Positions 1 to 12,044 of a stretch of 64,000 bases of DNA are shown here, piece by piece. This DNA is from Tubiluchus corallicola (lineage: Eukaryota; Animalia; Priapulida): positions 62,001 through 126,000 of the forward strand of contig JAQGDQ010000325.1 in assembly GCA_030141605.1 (NCBI GenBank), read 5' to 3'. The stretch's first letter is position 1; every line of letters begins with the position of its first letter. The notes below the pieces were generated by a model that was not told the DNA's origin, did not search any database, and saw nothing but the letters and a program-made list of their open reading frames with translations. The position numbers and the translations under genes are program-made.

Positions 1-1374
1 TCATACTCACAGAAACTATATCAGCTATGCACTTGCTTAATACTCACAGAAACTATATCAGCTATGCGCTTGCTCAATACTCACAGAAACTATATCAGCT
101 ATGCACTTGCTTCATACTCACAGAAACTATATCAGCTATGCACTTGCTCAATACTCACAGAAACTATATCAGCTATGCACTTGCTTCATACTCACAGAAA
201 CTATATCAGCTATGCACTTGCTTAATACTCACAGAAACTATATCAGCTATGCGCTTGCTCAATACTCACAGAAACTATATCAGCTATGCACTTGCTTCAT
301 ACTCACAGAAACTATATCAGCTATGCACTTGCTCAATACTCACAGAAACTATATCAGCTATGCACTTGCTTAATACTCACAGAAACTGTATCAGCTATGC
401 ACTTGCTTAATACTCACAGAAACTATATCAGCTATGCGCTTGCTTAATACTCACAGAAACTATATCAGCTATGCGCTTGCTTAATACTCACAGAAACTAT
501 ATCAGCTATGCGCTTGCTCAATACTCACAGAAACTATATCAGCTATGCACTTGCTTAATACTCACAGAAACTATATCAGCTATGCACTTGCTCAATACTC
601 ACAGAAACTATATCAGCTATGCACTTGCTTAATACTCACAGAAACTGTATCAGCTATGCACTTGCTTAATACTCACAGAAACTATATCAGCTATGCAGTT
701 GCTTAATACAGCTATGCACTTGCTTAATACTCACAAAAACTATATCAGCTATGCACTTGCTTAATACTCACAGAAACTATATCAGCTATGCACTTGCTCA
801 ATACTCACAGAAACTATATCAGCTATGCACTTGCTTAATACTCACAGAAACTATATCAGCTGTGCACTTGCTTAATACTCACAGAAACTATATCAGCTAT
901 GCACTTGCTCAATACTCACAGAAACTATATCAGCTATGCGCTTGCTTAATACTCACAGAAACTATATCAGCTATGCGCTTGCTTAATACTCACAGAAACT
1001 ATATCAGCTATGCGCTTGCTTAATACTCACAGAAACTATATCAGCTATGCACTTGCTTAATACTCACAGAAACTATATCAGCTATGCGCTTGCTTAATAC
1101 TCACAGAAACTATATCAGCGATGCACTTGCTTAATATAGCTATGCACTTGCTTACTACTCACAAAAACTATATCAGCTATGCACTTGCTTAATACTCACA
1201 GAAACTATATCAGCTATGCACTTGCTTAATACTCACAGAAACTATATTAGCTATGCGCTTGCTCAATACTCACAGAAACTATATCAGCTATGCGCTTGCT
1301 TAATACTCACAGAAACTATATCAGCTATGCACTTGCTCAATACTCACAGAAACTATATCAGCTATGCACTTGCT
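1..1374. repeat. 37-bp minisatellite (about 37 copies, runs off left edge) made of the VPS28 exon end plus 5' splice site
   Basis: Unit aatactcacagaaactatatcagctatgcacttgct(t/c); on the minus strand it is the last 27 nt of exon 3 plus GTGAGTATT(A/G). Confidence 0.97.
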
Positions 1375-1449
1375 GGTGTTTCCCTGATCGTCCTTGATCG
1401 TGATTGGTCGATCCTCTTTTATTCTTTCCAGTGCTGCGGGACAATCCAT
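1348..1449 (-). CDS. VPS28: VPS28 coding exon 3
   Basis: ctttcgatag|[34 protein letters not shown]|GTGAGT; 102 nt. Confidence 0.94.
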
Positions 1450-4400
1450 CTATCGAAAGAAAATATTTTGTTTAAATAAAATCACTATTTAAAAGGAGAA
1501 TTCCTTTAATAATTCTTGAGCTTAAATAAAAAGTAGTGTCAATTTAAAGGACAAGTAAACACTGTTCATAATAATTTTTTTTACTACTCAAATGATATAT
1601 TATTACACACAGAGGTTGAATTAGTAGACAAAAGTTCCTTCGAACTCGAACATTTTATGCTCAATCCTCTTGGGTGCTGATCCCTGGTTGCTAAACTCTG
1701 TATACAAGTCAAATCCATATATTACAGATGAATTTTTTCAAACCACACAGCGATTTAATGTGAATTTGTTTGAAGACGGAAGAAAATATGATTTATAATT
1801 AGCGCTGTACAATTAATTGTTGTAAAATTAATCAGTCGGAAGTTGCACAGGTCATATATTCAGCCTAATTGCACTACCAAAGCTACATTTTCCATTTCCC
1901 CGGACATCTGCTTAGACTGGAAACAAAAATTTGTTTCTGTCTTACCTCATGAACTCAAAAGATGACAGTAGGGAGGGAGGAAACTTTTTTCATAAAAAAA
2001 TTTCTTCAAACCTTTACGAATGTTGAATCGTGGAATATTTAAAATCAGTTGAAATGAAAGTTTGTTTATTCCCCACTGTTTAGCAGTAATGTTTTAAATC
2101 ATTTTAATGCACATTTTTTCGCGCATTGTTTTTCACTTTTTTGTTTCGCATTCCTAAAGGATCGTATAATTATTGATTATCATGGGGGCAGCCTCTTTTT
2201 TAAACGGTACGAACATATGATCTGATAATCACGGTTAAATGGCAACACTACTCAGCGGTTAACGCACTGATTTGGCAGAAAAAACGATAGTTTTTAGCCT
2301 CCAATACAGTAATCAGCGTCATACAAAATGGCAACCCCGGCAGAGAGTTAGACCTAAAAAACACAACTTCGTCCTCGCTGAAATAATGATGTTATAATAA
2401 TTATTGCATTTTATGGTTCAAATTACAAAATATGCTTTTATATAACTGCTTTAGATAAGTATATGAACATATAAAAAGTGTAAAGTTTTCAGGCAGGTGC
2501 AACAAAAAAATATTATCCGGGTGATTAGACAGAAACAGAAGAACTTTTATGGTCGGTCTCATATTATCTCTGTTCACTGTAACCTTAACTTGAAAAACAA
2601 TTGGCCTTGTTTGAGCCATAATTCTGTATAAAAAATTCGATGTAATTTAGCACGGGTTTCAAAAGCGGCGTACCGCGCCCTCGCCAATGTTGGCTGCGCC
2701 GCGCGCATGTTCTCCACAGCCAGACATAACAAGCCGATAACATGGTAAACTTCTTGACTACAGGATGCACCCTACTGCAAAGAGGACACCAGCTGGGACA
2801 AGGACAACAAAAAGAAATAAATTAGCTCTGGTAGTGCCTTACCCGGAATTTCTTCATAAACGTTTCCACGTTCGGATACTCCTCAGATTGCACCTGTTTG
2901 AACGCAGCTTTATACTGCACTAAAAGTCGAGAACATGCCGCAGTATACCTGTAAAATGAAAACCACAAGCCATATTGTTGTGGAGATCGCTGGAATCTAT
3001 TAGAATTAAATAGAACATTGTAGACTGTTCCATATCGTGTTACCTTGTAGAATGTTCTAGAAAGAAACGTCTAGAATGTTCCCTGGCACTGATATATAAG
3101 GCGAAGCAGGCCGCTGAGACACACAAACGCAGATTCACACGAACGCACACTTACACATTCTCTTGCATACTTTCAGATACACTCAAACATTTTCCAGATT
3201 TTCACGTTTACTGTAAACATTTCGCATTCCTTCAAACTTTTGTGTTGTAGAATTCTCGCTTAATAAACTAGTTTAATTTGACGAAGTGTTTTCTGGTTTT
3301 CTCTACGAGCCTTCCGAGAGAAACAAAACATAACACATATAAGGCAAATGTTAGGATTTTTAATTAGCTCAAGAGTCCTGTTATTCTGCTCAGTGATATA
3401 CGAAGCACCTGACCAAAAGATGATCAAAGAGGAAACCTGCAACGTTACTACGCAGATAGTATAGTGTAGTTACATCTTTACTTGCCGTAATATATTGAGA
3501 ATTGTAACAAAATATTAAGATGCTCAACCAGTGAAAGTTAAAAAAAAACATAAACTGCTGGAGACAAATGTGTCAGTGAAAAAGCTAAACTGAAGGTGCA
3601 AAAAAATATGATATTAGTACAACAAAAATTAAAGTGCAATAAAATTAATAAAACTACGATTAAAATTAAAGCAAAAATGGACCCAATCTTAAACTGCAGG
3701 TCAAAACACTCTACTCTTTAAAATATTGAAAGAAAACATACTATTTTTTCAAAAACGTCTTACGTGAAGGAGTTATCACCACACAAACACAATTTCACGT
3801 TCGCGCCACTTAGTTTTTCACTGTTACATGCATTTCACCATTCGCTAGTTAGATGAGCATTAAGACCTGCATTTCAGAAACGTGTTGCACAAAAACAGGT
3901 GCTGTACCTCTCAGTTCAGATGTGTTAGTTTGTGACGAACTACACACATTCGACAGCTCATGTGAGAGCACAGCGGTAAATATGAAATTTGAATATTTAT
4001 CTTATAATCTGCCTAGTTTTAGTACAACACACTGAATTTCAATTTACTGTACTTCAATTTTTGCTTTCGCAAACATGTGCAACACACTCGTGGAATATTT
4101 TTGCTGTTGAAAATTATGTTCAGTTGTGACATCATCACTAGTTGGGCTCACCTGCCATTAATTAATTTTCAACCTAAAATTTAATGACCAGAAATGCTTT
4201 GGCATTATTGTAGGTCTTAAAATCTATACTTTTTAGTTTTACGGTATTTCAAAATTGGGTAGGACATGAAGAATCATCCTGTTTTCATTTAAAGTAGATA
4301 TGCAACATTTTGTTGAATTTTGCTGTTTGCTTGCTCAACTTCATTAAAACCAAGAATTTAACTAGTTTAAATTTTTATCTTAAATCATTTACTCTTTTGG

Positions 4401-4544
4401 CGTAACTGCATCTTTAATGTACGCTTTCTCCAGACACTGAATGGTGTTGATCAGAGAGTAAAGATCTGCCATATTGTCAACCGTTTCGCGTTCTCTCGCA
4501 TTGCGGTACAGTTTCACTTCCTCGTACAACTCTGAGCGACTCAT
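1348..4544 (-). CDS. VPS28: VPS28, ESCRT-I subunit (N-terminal part; 3 coding exons in window, remainder beyond left edge)
   Basis: Exons 4544-4393, 2948-2843 and 1449-1348 splice in frame (phases 2,0,0) to [120 protein letters not shown], recognisably the VPS28 N-terminal domain and linker. Confidence 0.96.
1545..2588. mobile_element. Possible Kolobok-like non-autonomous DNA transposon
   Basis: Starts ttaa|aggacaagtaaacac and ends gttcactgtaacc|ttaa; imperfect short TIRs with TTAA flanks. Confidence 0.4.
2843..2948 (-). CDS. VPS28: VPS28 coding exon 2
   Basis: ttttacag|G TAT ACT GCG GCA TGT ([16 protein letters not shown])...CGG|GTAAGG. Confidence 0.94.
2976..3335 (+). mobile_element. Solo LTR (360 bp), TGTT...AACA ends, 5-bp TSD CATAT
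   Basis: catat|TGTTGTG...CATAACA|catat; internal TATATAA near 3093 and AATAAA near 3262. Confidence 0.85.
3670..4288 (+). mobile_element. Dispersed ~620-bp MITE family A (TTAA-flanked, Kolobok-like); other copies at about 18870-19240(-), 27850-28405(-), 43850-44315(+), 48480-49250(+), 53585-54220(+)
   Basis: Shared blocks such as aggtcaaaacaatctactct and gtgttagtttgtgacgaactaca; termini ttaa|AG...CT|ttaa. Confidence 0.8.
4393..4544 (-). CDS. VPS28: VPS28 coding exon 1
   Basis: ATG at 4544, ELYEEVKLY...CLEKAYIKD; donor GA|GTAAAT; acceptor-like ctgtttgtag at 4578-4579 suggests an upstream non-coding exon. Confidence 0.93.
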
Positions 4545-5351
4545 TATGTGGTAGCTGTTGTTGCAATTCGTCTTTTCCTACAAACAGAAAATGCAATGTC
4601 AGATGCAACAATTACAGCCCAGAGCCACGTCGTTTCAGGAGAGCTTCAGCCGGTTTATTCCTACAGTCGAACTAGCCAATAAAAAACCTAGCTTTAGTCA
4701 CGTCAGCCGTTCAATGACGGGAGTTGAGCTAGCCGACATTGTTGTCAACTGCAAAATCGCAAAGATTTTCGCTCTTGCGACAATCACGTGACACTGCAAA
4801 TCACTGGTTAAAATGTGGCAAATGCATTGGGGATTCGAGGTCAGATCGTGCGTGTGTTGGCAGGGATACTAAACTTTAGGAATTTTTGAACGAGAAAGTT
4901 GGTAAATTCAAAATTAAATTCACAAATAGGCAACGTTAGTCACATGTATGGGATCATTTTGGTGTTTTGGTTTTGATTCGTCAGTAATCAAGATGAGCCT
5001 TGCCAAGAGTTGGATTTTAATTACATTTGCAATAAATCTATTGTTTTTTATAATAATAAAAAATGATCTCTAATGCATTATTTGAATTTGAACATCAGCA
5101 TTTTTCTGTGTATAAGCGACACAATATATTTTAAAAAAAGTCTCAATAACTTAACAGTTAACAAACAATTTATCATTTATTTAGTTAATGAAAATTCATA
5201 GCTTTAACTGACTTCGCTGATTTTTCCTTTAGCCAACTCAGCTGAAAAGTCACTCAACTTCAGCCAAGCTAGCTGATTTACTGTGTGAGTCAGCTGATGT
5301 ATTAACAACTGACACAACTTCAACCTCTAGTAAAAATGTATCAAAAGTCAC

Positions 5352-6442
5352 TGTAGGGAGCCGAATAACCCACTAGCCCAAGTAGGACACTTCCGGTAAA
5401 ACCCATGTGCTAAAAGTAGTGTCCTACATGGGCAGCCCAAGTAGGACACTAGCGATTTTTGACGAGAATCGGTAATTTTGTCAAATTTTTAAAAATTCTG
5501 TGAAAGTTTCTTCATTTTATTAAAAATTGTGCTTGTTGGTTGAGTTGTCGTCAGTTTGGCGCATGAAAACTTGCTTGACCAGGTGTTTAACTCAGCATGC
5601 AGTACGCGGGTATTGTTTTGCGGTGACTTTTGTAACTCGTTCACTGAACGAGAGTTTGTTTGGTAACAAAGCAGCTCATTTAGCACTCTAGCATTGTTGA
5701 GCAGTATGGTTATAATAGAGGTTTTTTACAATAATTTCATCATTATGATTAGCTCCATTAATATCATCATAACATTAAACCTAGTATCTAATGCTTTAAA
5801 GAGAGAAACTCTGCACACAGTTATTACAGAAATAATTGCAAATTTAAAAATGAGACAGATGCTGCTAAGCCTTCACAACACCAAAAAGTAATTTTTAACA
5901 TTTAGGAAAAGCAAGGATAATTAGTTTTAATATTATCAGTAGTATTGTAACATGTAGGGCACTGTCCTACATGGCTCGCTAGCCCATGTAGGACACATAG
6001 ATTGCTAGAACGTTTACTTATAAGAAAACAATTATTTGTCCAAGAGGTAGTGAAACGGATCACCTGTTTGTGCAGCGAGACAAAATCAAAAATGATATAC
6101 CTTAAACAAATGTTGAACTCGCAAAAAGTTTTTTTTTCACTTCAACAACATTAATATCGAAACCAAATTTAATACTGTCCGTTCTTTTATTTTATCAGAT
6201 GTATAATAAATTATTCAACGTGTACTAACGTTTTTAATTATTATTATTACATAAACAAGGACAACGGATGGTGTCAGTACACTTAACGACTCAATTCGCG
6301 ACCTGTCTCTAGTGTCCTACTTGGGCTAGACCATGTACGCCGCGTCCTACTTGGGCTAGACCATGTACGCCGCGTCCTACTTGGGCTAGCCCATGTACGC
6401 CAATTGGTCTACTTGGGCTAGTGGGTTACTTGGCTCCCTACA
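5352..6442. mobile_element. Non-autonomous DNA transposon with TGT...ACA termini, ~34-bp TIRs and 5-bp TSD GTCAC (Ginger2/TDD-like)
   Basis: gtcac|tgtagggagccgaataacccactagcccaagtag ... ctacttgggctagtgggttacttggctccctaca|gtcac; subterminal agccca(a/t)gtaggacac repeats. Confidence 0.85.
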
Positions 6443-7408
6443 GTCACATTGCTTGGTGTCGTAAATATCACTTTATATTTCAAGCTTTCGTAGAAAAAAG
6501 AGGGCAATTTGAATAGGACAGTTAAGAAGGAGAACAACATTTGTCTGAAGAAAGCAAGTTACTGCTATGAAAGAGAAACATCATAATAGAAACATCCAAT
6601 CACGTTCTTTGTACATTCTGACAGCGTCATAAGACATATGAGAGAGGACCATTTATAGCTAGTTACCATCTATGTCCTTATTGCTTTGGATAAGGTATTT
6701 ATTTTGTTATAATATATATTATTTATATTGTTACTTTATTTTTGTTACATAGTTACATACATAAGAACTTTATTAATTTTGACTGGATGTACAGCACAAA
6801 AGGCTCCTTATTGATCACAGTATTTCCACTATAAATTGTACCTTTCTGTATCAACAATGGCCAAAGTCGAAAGACAGTCACATGTAGGCTAGAGAGGAAA
6901 ATTTCATATAGAAGCAGCTTTGTGGAAAACCAAAAAATAAACCACTGACACTGTTTTAAAGCTTTTTTTGAAGTTCACTTTATTTTGACGTGACATGATC
7001 TCGAAACAAGCATGCAAGAAGACCCAGGGTTTTAATGAAAATGACTGTTATACTTGTACGATAACTGTCAACTGACTAAGTAGTTGTAGTAGCGAGAGTT
7101 GCGTTCTATAGCACAAACAGAATACACTTACAAACTAAATAGAGCTACACTGATGAATCGTCACTTACACATTGATCAGTTAAGGATAGCGTATCAGGCA
7201 GATTAAACTACGGGTTCGGTGAAAGTAACAAAAAGTTATTATTCTCAGACACTCTATGAGTCAACCCATTAAATCGCTTGCGAAAAGCGAAAGCCAAACT
7301 TCAATATGAAAGATCTTTGACAATTTTTGCTCTAAATTAAATTAATGCATACGCTAGCTCTTCGTAGTCTTCGCTACACGCAGTCCGAAGAATTAATAAC
7401 AGGTACTA

Positions 7409-7947
7409 TTAAAGGAAGACCGGTCAATTGTTTAGACCCAATCTCATTTTATTCACTGTCCAAAATACACATTTTCTTGCCTATAGCAGTTAACAATTGA
7501 ATGATGAGCTTGGAAAGTTAATTAATGGCAACAGAACACAGCTATTGCTTACATCAGAAACTAACCACAGTTTGTGCAATGGCAGGCGTCTTCCCTTGTG
7601 CACCAAGCACATTTGCAGTGTTACAGTACTGCTTAAACGCATGAGTCACAGAAAATAGGCTATAGATCATATAACGTCAGAAACTAACACTGCAGTTCAT
7701 GATCATGCTTTTCACGGTACCTCCTTGTATTTGTCAGCCACGCAATGTGACAAAATAGCACTGCTGCAAATCTTAGTACATTCACTGAGCTGCGTGTAAC
7801 TTTGTAAGTTTAATGAAATTTGAAGATACTAGGTAAATATTAGTTAATCTAAGCTTTGATTTAAAATAAGCTATTGTGGTTTTCAACATTTTAGAGCATT
7901 CTTTATTCTAAACTCGTGTTTACGCGATCATCCGGTTTTACTTTAAC
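7409..7947. mobile_element. TTAA-flanked Kolobok-like MITE family C; other copies at about 29040-29555 and 61520-61847
   Basis: ttaaaggaagaccgg...tccggttttactttaa; block taaaatgagattgagtctaaacaatcgtcc shared among copies. Confidence 0.7.
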
Positions 7948-8194
7948 TAAGTATTAGCATAAGTATAGAGAAAATATGCAAGGCTATAATCACAAATTTC
8001 GTTTTAGACTTGTTTAGTAATCTTTATTCTTTATGTTGTAAACCTTTTAGTTTTGATGTATTAATGGCTTCTATAATGTTTTGTGCTCATATTAGCAAAG
8101 AAAATAGCATATACCATACGAGGATTACCCTTAATATTTGCATTGATTTTTTTCAGTTTGGTTTTCAACCAACTATTTCTAACATGAAAATTTG

Positions 8195-8610
8195 GAGCGA
8201 GCATGAAATGCTCGAGTCTAAACATTCTAATTGAGTTTTTAGTTCGAATGAGTTTTTTTTAGTTTAAATTCAATTCCAACCCAAAATTATAAATTCGAAT
8301 TATTCAGCACTTCAGCCACATACATTCCTTATCATCAGAACGATTGAAACTTCGTGCAATTTAGCTATGATTTTCATATACAATTTTTAAATAAATATTG
8401 TTGATTTTACTGCAGAACAAAATCGCATCATATGAATAATCTCTGTAAGTCCGCTTTTTACTAGTGGTTCGAAAATTTGCTCGAAAATCTTTCAAACAGA
8501 GTTTGAATTCGATTCGAATTCGAAATACTGAAATTCGATTCGATTCGAATTCGACAGTCATACATTCAATTCGATTCTAATTCGCTTTCGGGTAGAGAAT
8601 GCTCAGCCTG
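8195..8610. mobile_element. TTCGAA-rich hAT-like MITE copy (see 33229-33632)
   Basis: Similar to copies at about 26480-26800, 33229-33632, 35805-35945, 46205-46520 and 62590-62760. Confidence 0.75.
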
Positions 8611-9147
8611 AATGAAGATTGTTAGTTTCTGCTGCAATAAGTTGTCTTGACAGAAGTGAGTCGTGATGACGCCTGTTAAAAACTACACTTGAATAGAATG
8701 CCTGTCTGCTGCAAAGAAAATCAATGCCGTACGTTTTGCGTTTATAGTTTTTTGTTTTGTTATCATAATTATTAACATTATGTAATTTATGTCGGTTATT
8801 TTTGCGTAACACTTTAGCAAAACGTACCTAAAGCATCTATGATCTCGAAAAAATTATGTAAACCTGCATATTGGAGCTTTGTACGCGGTTTGGTAAGAAA
8901 TTAAAGTTGGAATGGAATTTGAGTGATAGTTCAAAAGCACTAGTGAACAGAAGTTTTTCACAAGAAAACGGGATTTTTGAAATTTGGAAGCCAATCTGGT
9001 ACGTCAAATGTAGCTCACATTGAGAGATAAATCATGTGTCAATAGCTACTGCATACCGATAATTGATATTAATACCACAGTCCTAAATGTTATGAGAAAG
9101 GGTCATTATCAGTATCATGTTTTATTTTTGTGTATTATTATTATTAT

Positions 9148-9600
9148 AAGGGCCATGTTTCATCAGCATTAGAGTCCTCAGGTTTGTCTAGGTCAGATGG
9201 CAAAAGGCGTGATGGCATGACTTTGATCCTTTGGTCTGGGGTCGCTCTCTTCATTGGGATTGTACTTGTGTTGATACATTGGCACCCTCAAATATGACTG
9301 GTTCAGCTAGTTATGCTGTTTATGCAGCTCAGTTAGCAGAAGCCAAAAAAATATACGAAATACAACAGTCTTTTGCACTTTTCAATTTTGTAGCAATTGC
9401 TGTTTTGAAACTTTTGGCACTCTTGGCACAGAAGGAAAAAAATCTCAGTACTTTAGGCAAACAAATTCAATGTGCCACTAGGGGAGACTAGGTCTGCAAG
9501 CTTTTTATTCCAGCGTTTATCTGTTGCATTGCAAAGAGTTAATGCGATAAGCATTGTGAGAACAATCTGCCCATCTGAGAAGCTTGAAGAAACCTCCTTC
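9148..9600 (+). mobile_element. Degenerate 3' fragment of an RLE-endonuclease non-LTR retrotransposon (CRE-like)
   Basis: Translates [37 protein letters not shown]...AAQLAEAKK..., then FLFQRLSVALQRVNA after frameshifts; matches the RPDG-type restriction-like endonuclease C-terminus. Confidence 0.75.
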
Positions 9601-10169
9601 AATATTAATATTTGACTTTATATTGACTTGTCATCCTTGATTGTAGCAAAAATCTCAATTTTCAGCAGATCGCTTCTCGAGAAAACATTAATAACGTGTT
9701 TGTTTTACCACTTTTTAAAATCTGCTCATTTTTACATTGTAATAAAACTTGTAATATGGTATTTATTGTCAGATAATTGTTAAGTTTATTATTTTTGTTT
9801 TCAAACATTCTGTTGAGATCAGTGTTAAACGTACAGTAATATGTATTAATTTCATAAGCTTGTTCCCGGCAAAAACTTTCTGCAGTCAGGTGTTACATTA
9901 TATTCCTGAGATAGTTTGGTCATGAAAATCGTGCTTGGGGTGCTTGAACTGCAGTTGGTGGTGCCCGCGTTTCTCCGCAAGTGGCTTTGTCTGTAGTTTC
10001 GTTTCTACCAACTTTGCAACACTTTATCGTACTGTACCTGCATCTCTGACATTACAGCAAGAGCTAACTGATTAAACGTTCTATGATAGGCAGCAAGAGT
10101 TTCAAAAACAATCTGCTAGACAAGTGTTTAAATGTTTAGCTTCCAGAAATTCTTGTGTAACGAGGTTAA

Positions 10170-10345
10170 CTGCAGTGGACGGGCGGGCCGAAGCAAAAGC
10201 GCTAGGCTAGTATATTACCGTGCGATAAACATATCGGCTTGCAAACCAATCGTAATGAACGTGATTGGTTCTACGTATATTAGAGCACAAATGTGAACTA
10301 AGATGACATAAAAGTCATAAAAGCTTATTAGTCATGTGACGAAAG
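10170..10345. promoter_or_regulatory. Candidate (possibly bidirectional) promoter between VPS28 and the HMBOX1-like gene
   Basis: GC box 10181-10187, CCAAT 10246-10250, inverted CCAAT 10264-10268, GTCATGTGAC 10331-10340; outward-facing donor-like sites at 10037(-) and 10500(+). Confidence 0.4.
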
Positions 10346-10882
10346 TGTCTTATGGAAGCAGCGTGAAGCAAAAATATTGAATCGATTATGCAGACTTGCC
10401 TGAGTCTATTAATGACAGTTTTTATATAAACATTTGAGTAGAAGCAGCCCGTAGCAGGTGTTTTTGAGTCAATTAAGCGACTGATTCTATTAACCTTGAG
10501 TAAGTTGAATGGCGCCTACTGTAGTAGTCAAACTCTTCAAATACCAAATGGAAAATTAAGTTGTGAAACGGAAATTAAGTAATGTAAAACTGCTAAGCAC
10601 TTAAATTTTTTATATTGGAGATTAGGTTATCTATGTATTATACAGCGTGTATTTCTGTAATGCAGATAAACTTCATAATTTTTATACGGGGTATTAAATG
10701 ATTGCATCTGTTTAATAGGTTATGATAAAAATTCTAGGTAACTGAGCGGTGGTTACGTGAGCCTAGTGCCATGTGAACGGGTTGTTAGGTTACGTAAACT
10801 TCTGAAATTTCATGGCCGTATTACATGTACTAAAGTTTCACAGTGTTAAAGCACAAGAAAACCCTCCACCTACCTAAAGCTT

Positions 10883-10990
10883 GAGGTTTGTTTAATGTCT
10901 GTATAATGTTTGTGTGTTAACTATGATTTGTATTGTATTGTAATATGGACTTTGTTGTGAAATAAAAGCAATCAATCAACCAATCAAAAA
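10883..10990 (+). mobile_element. Short retroelement 3' tail, TSD AAAGCTT
   Basis: AATAAA then (CAAT)n/A tail; aaagctt at 10876-10882 and 10991-10997, single in the empty-site copy near 14700. Confidence 0.7.
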
Positions 10991-11214
10991 AAAGCTTAAA
11001 AAATTCATCTTGACATTTTATACCACTTACGTACTGCCTTTTTGCATGCAGGGCTTGCGTCGGCAGTAATGTTGTATAAAACGTAATTTAAACTCCCGCA
11101 ATGACAGTTAGCTGCAGCCATTTTAATGGTAGTTCATTTGAAACAAGTTTAGATTACATTGTGTAAAGTTTGAAAAAATAATCAGAGCATTCGTAGCACA
11201 CATGTTGCTAACTA

Positions 11215-12044
11215 CCGTATATACTCGCATATAAGCCTACATCGCATATAAGCCGACCCCCTAAAACTGCTTTAAAATGGCCAGTTTTTGCAAAAACCCG
11301 TATATAAGCCGACCATCAACTTGTCTCATCCATGTTGCCAATTCTGCAGAGAGGGAAGTCACCACCAACCTTTCTTTGATCAATAACATACTTTTGAAAA
11401 CCCAAAAGTTTATGTTCATATTGTGATGGCAATTTTTGTGCAATTTTCGTTCTCTGTCTCAAACTGATAGAGTGTCTGTTCAGAAAACGTGTACACCAAT
11501 ATGTTCCTCTATAAGCCACGTGACCCTCGTCTCCCCACGCGCTGCCTACCAATTGGCTGATGACGTCGGCTTCACCACTAGCTGTAGCTTGGTTACGGCT
11601 CGCAACTGGTGACACACAGTGGTGTATTGCTAAATAAAAAGTAGGTGGACGGCTAGTCTCAAGACTTACCATTTTACATTAACAAATTTGAAAGAAATTG
11701 ACATTATTTAAAACCGTTTTTTGAAAAAATGAAAACAAGTAGATTTAATATTAAACCCGTATACATTTTTAATATTTTTTATCTAATGAATACAAAAAGC
11801 AGACATTTATTGACATTTGAATTTTTTATAAAAAAAAGTGGGTGGACGGCGATCCCCCTCCAATACGCCACTGGTGACACACAACCAAATAAAGAGTCAG
11901 ATAGCTATGAAAATGTGTGGCTGGAAAATTGGCATTAGTGTCTGTCCTTGTGTTCATTTTGTTTCATGCGCATATAAGCCGACCCCCTGATTTCAGTATT
12001 GTATTTTATAGTTCTAAATTCGGCTTATATGCGAGTATATACGG
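11215..12044. mobile_element. Tc1/mariner-superfamily (Tc2/pogo-like) MITE, TA TSD
   Basis: ta|ccgtatatactcgcatataagcc ... ggcttatatgcgagtatatacgg|ta, perfect TIRs. Confidence 0.9.
11617..11873. mobile_element. hAT MITE, 8-bp TSD GTGACACA
   Basis: gtgacaca|cagtggtgtattg ... caatacgccactg|gtgacaca. Confidence 0.9.

Noticed and set aside
1-1374. CRISPR-like 37-bp repeat array and its plus-strand ORFs
   Set aside because: Units are contiguous with no unique spacers, there are no cas genes, and the context is a eukaryotic intron; the ORFs are repeat read-through.
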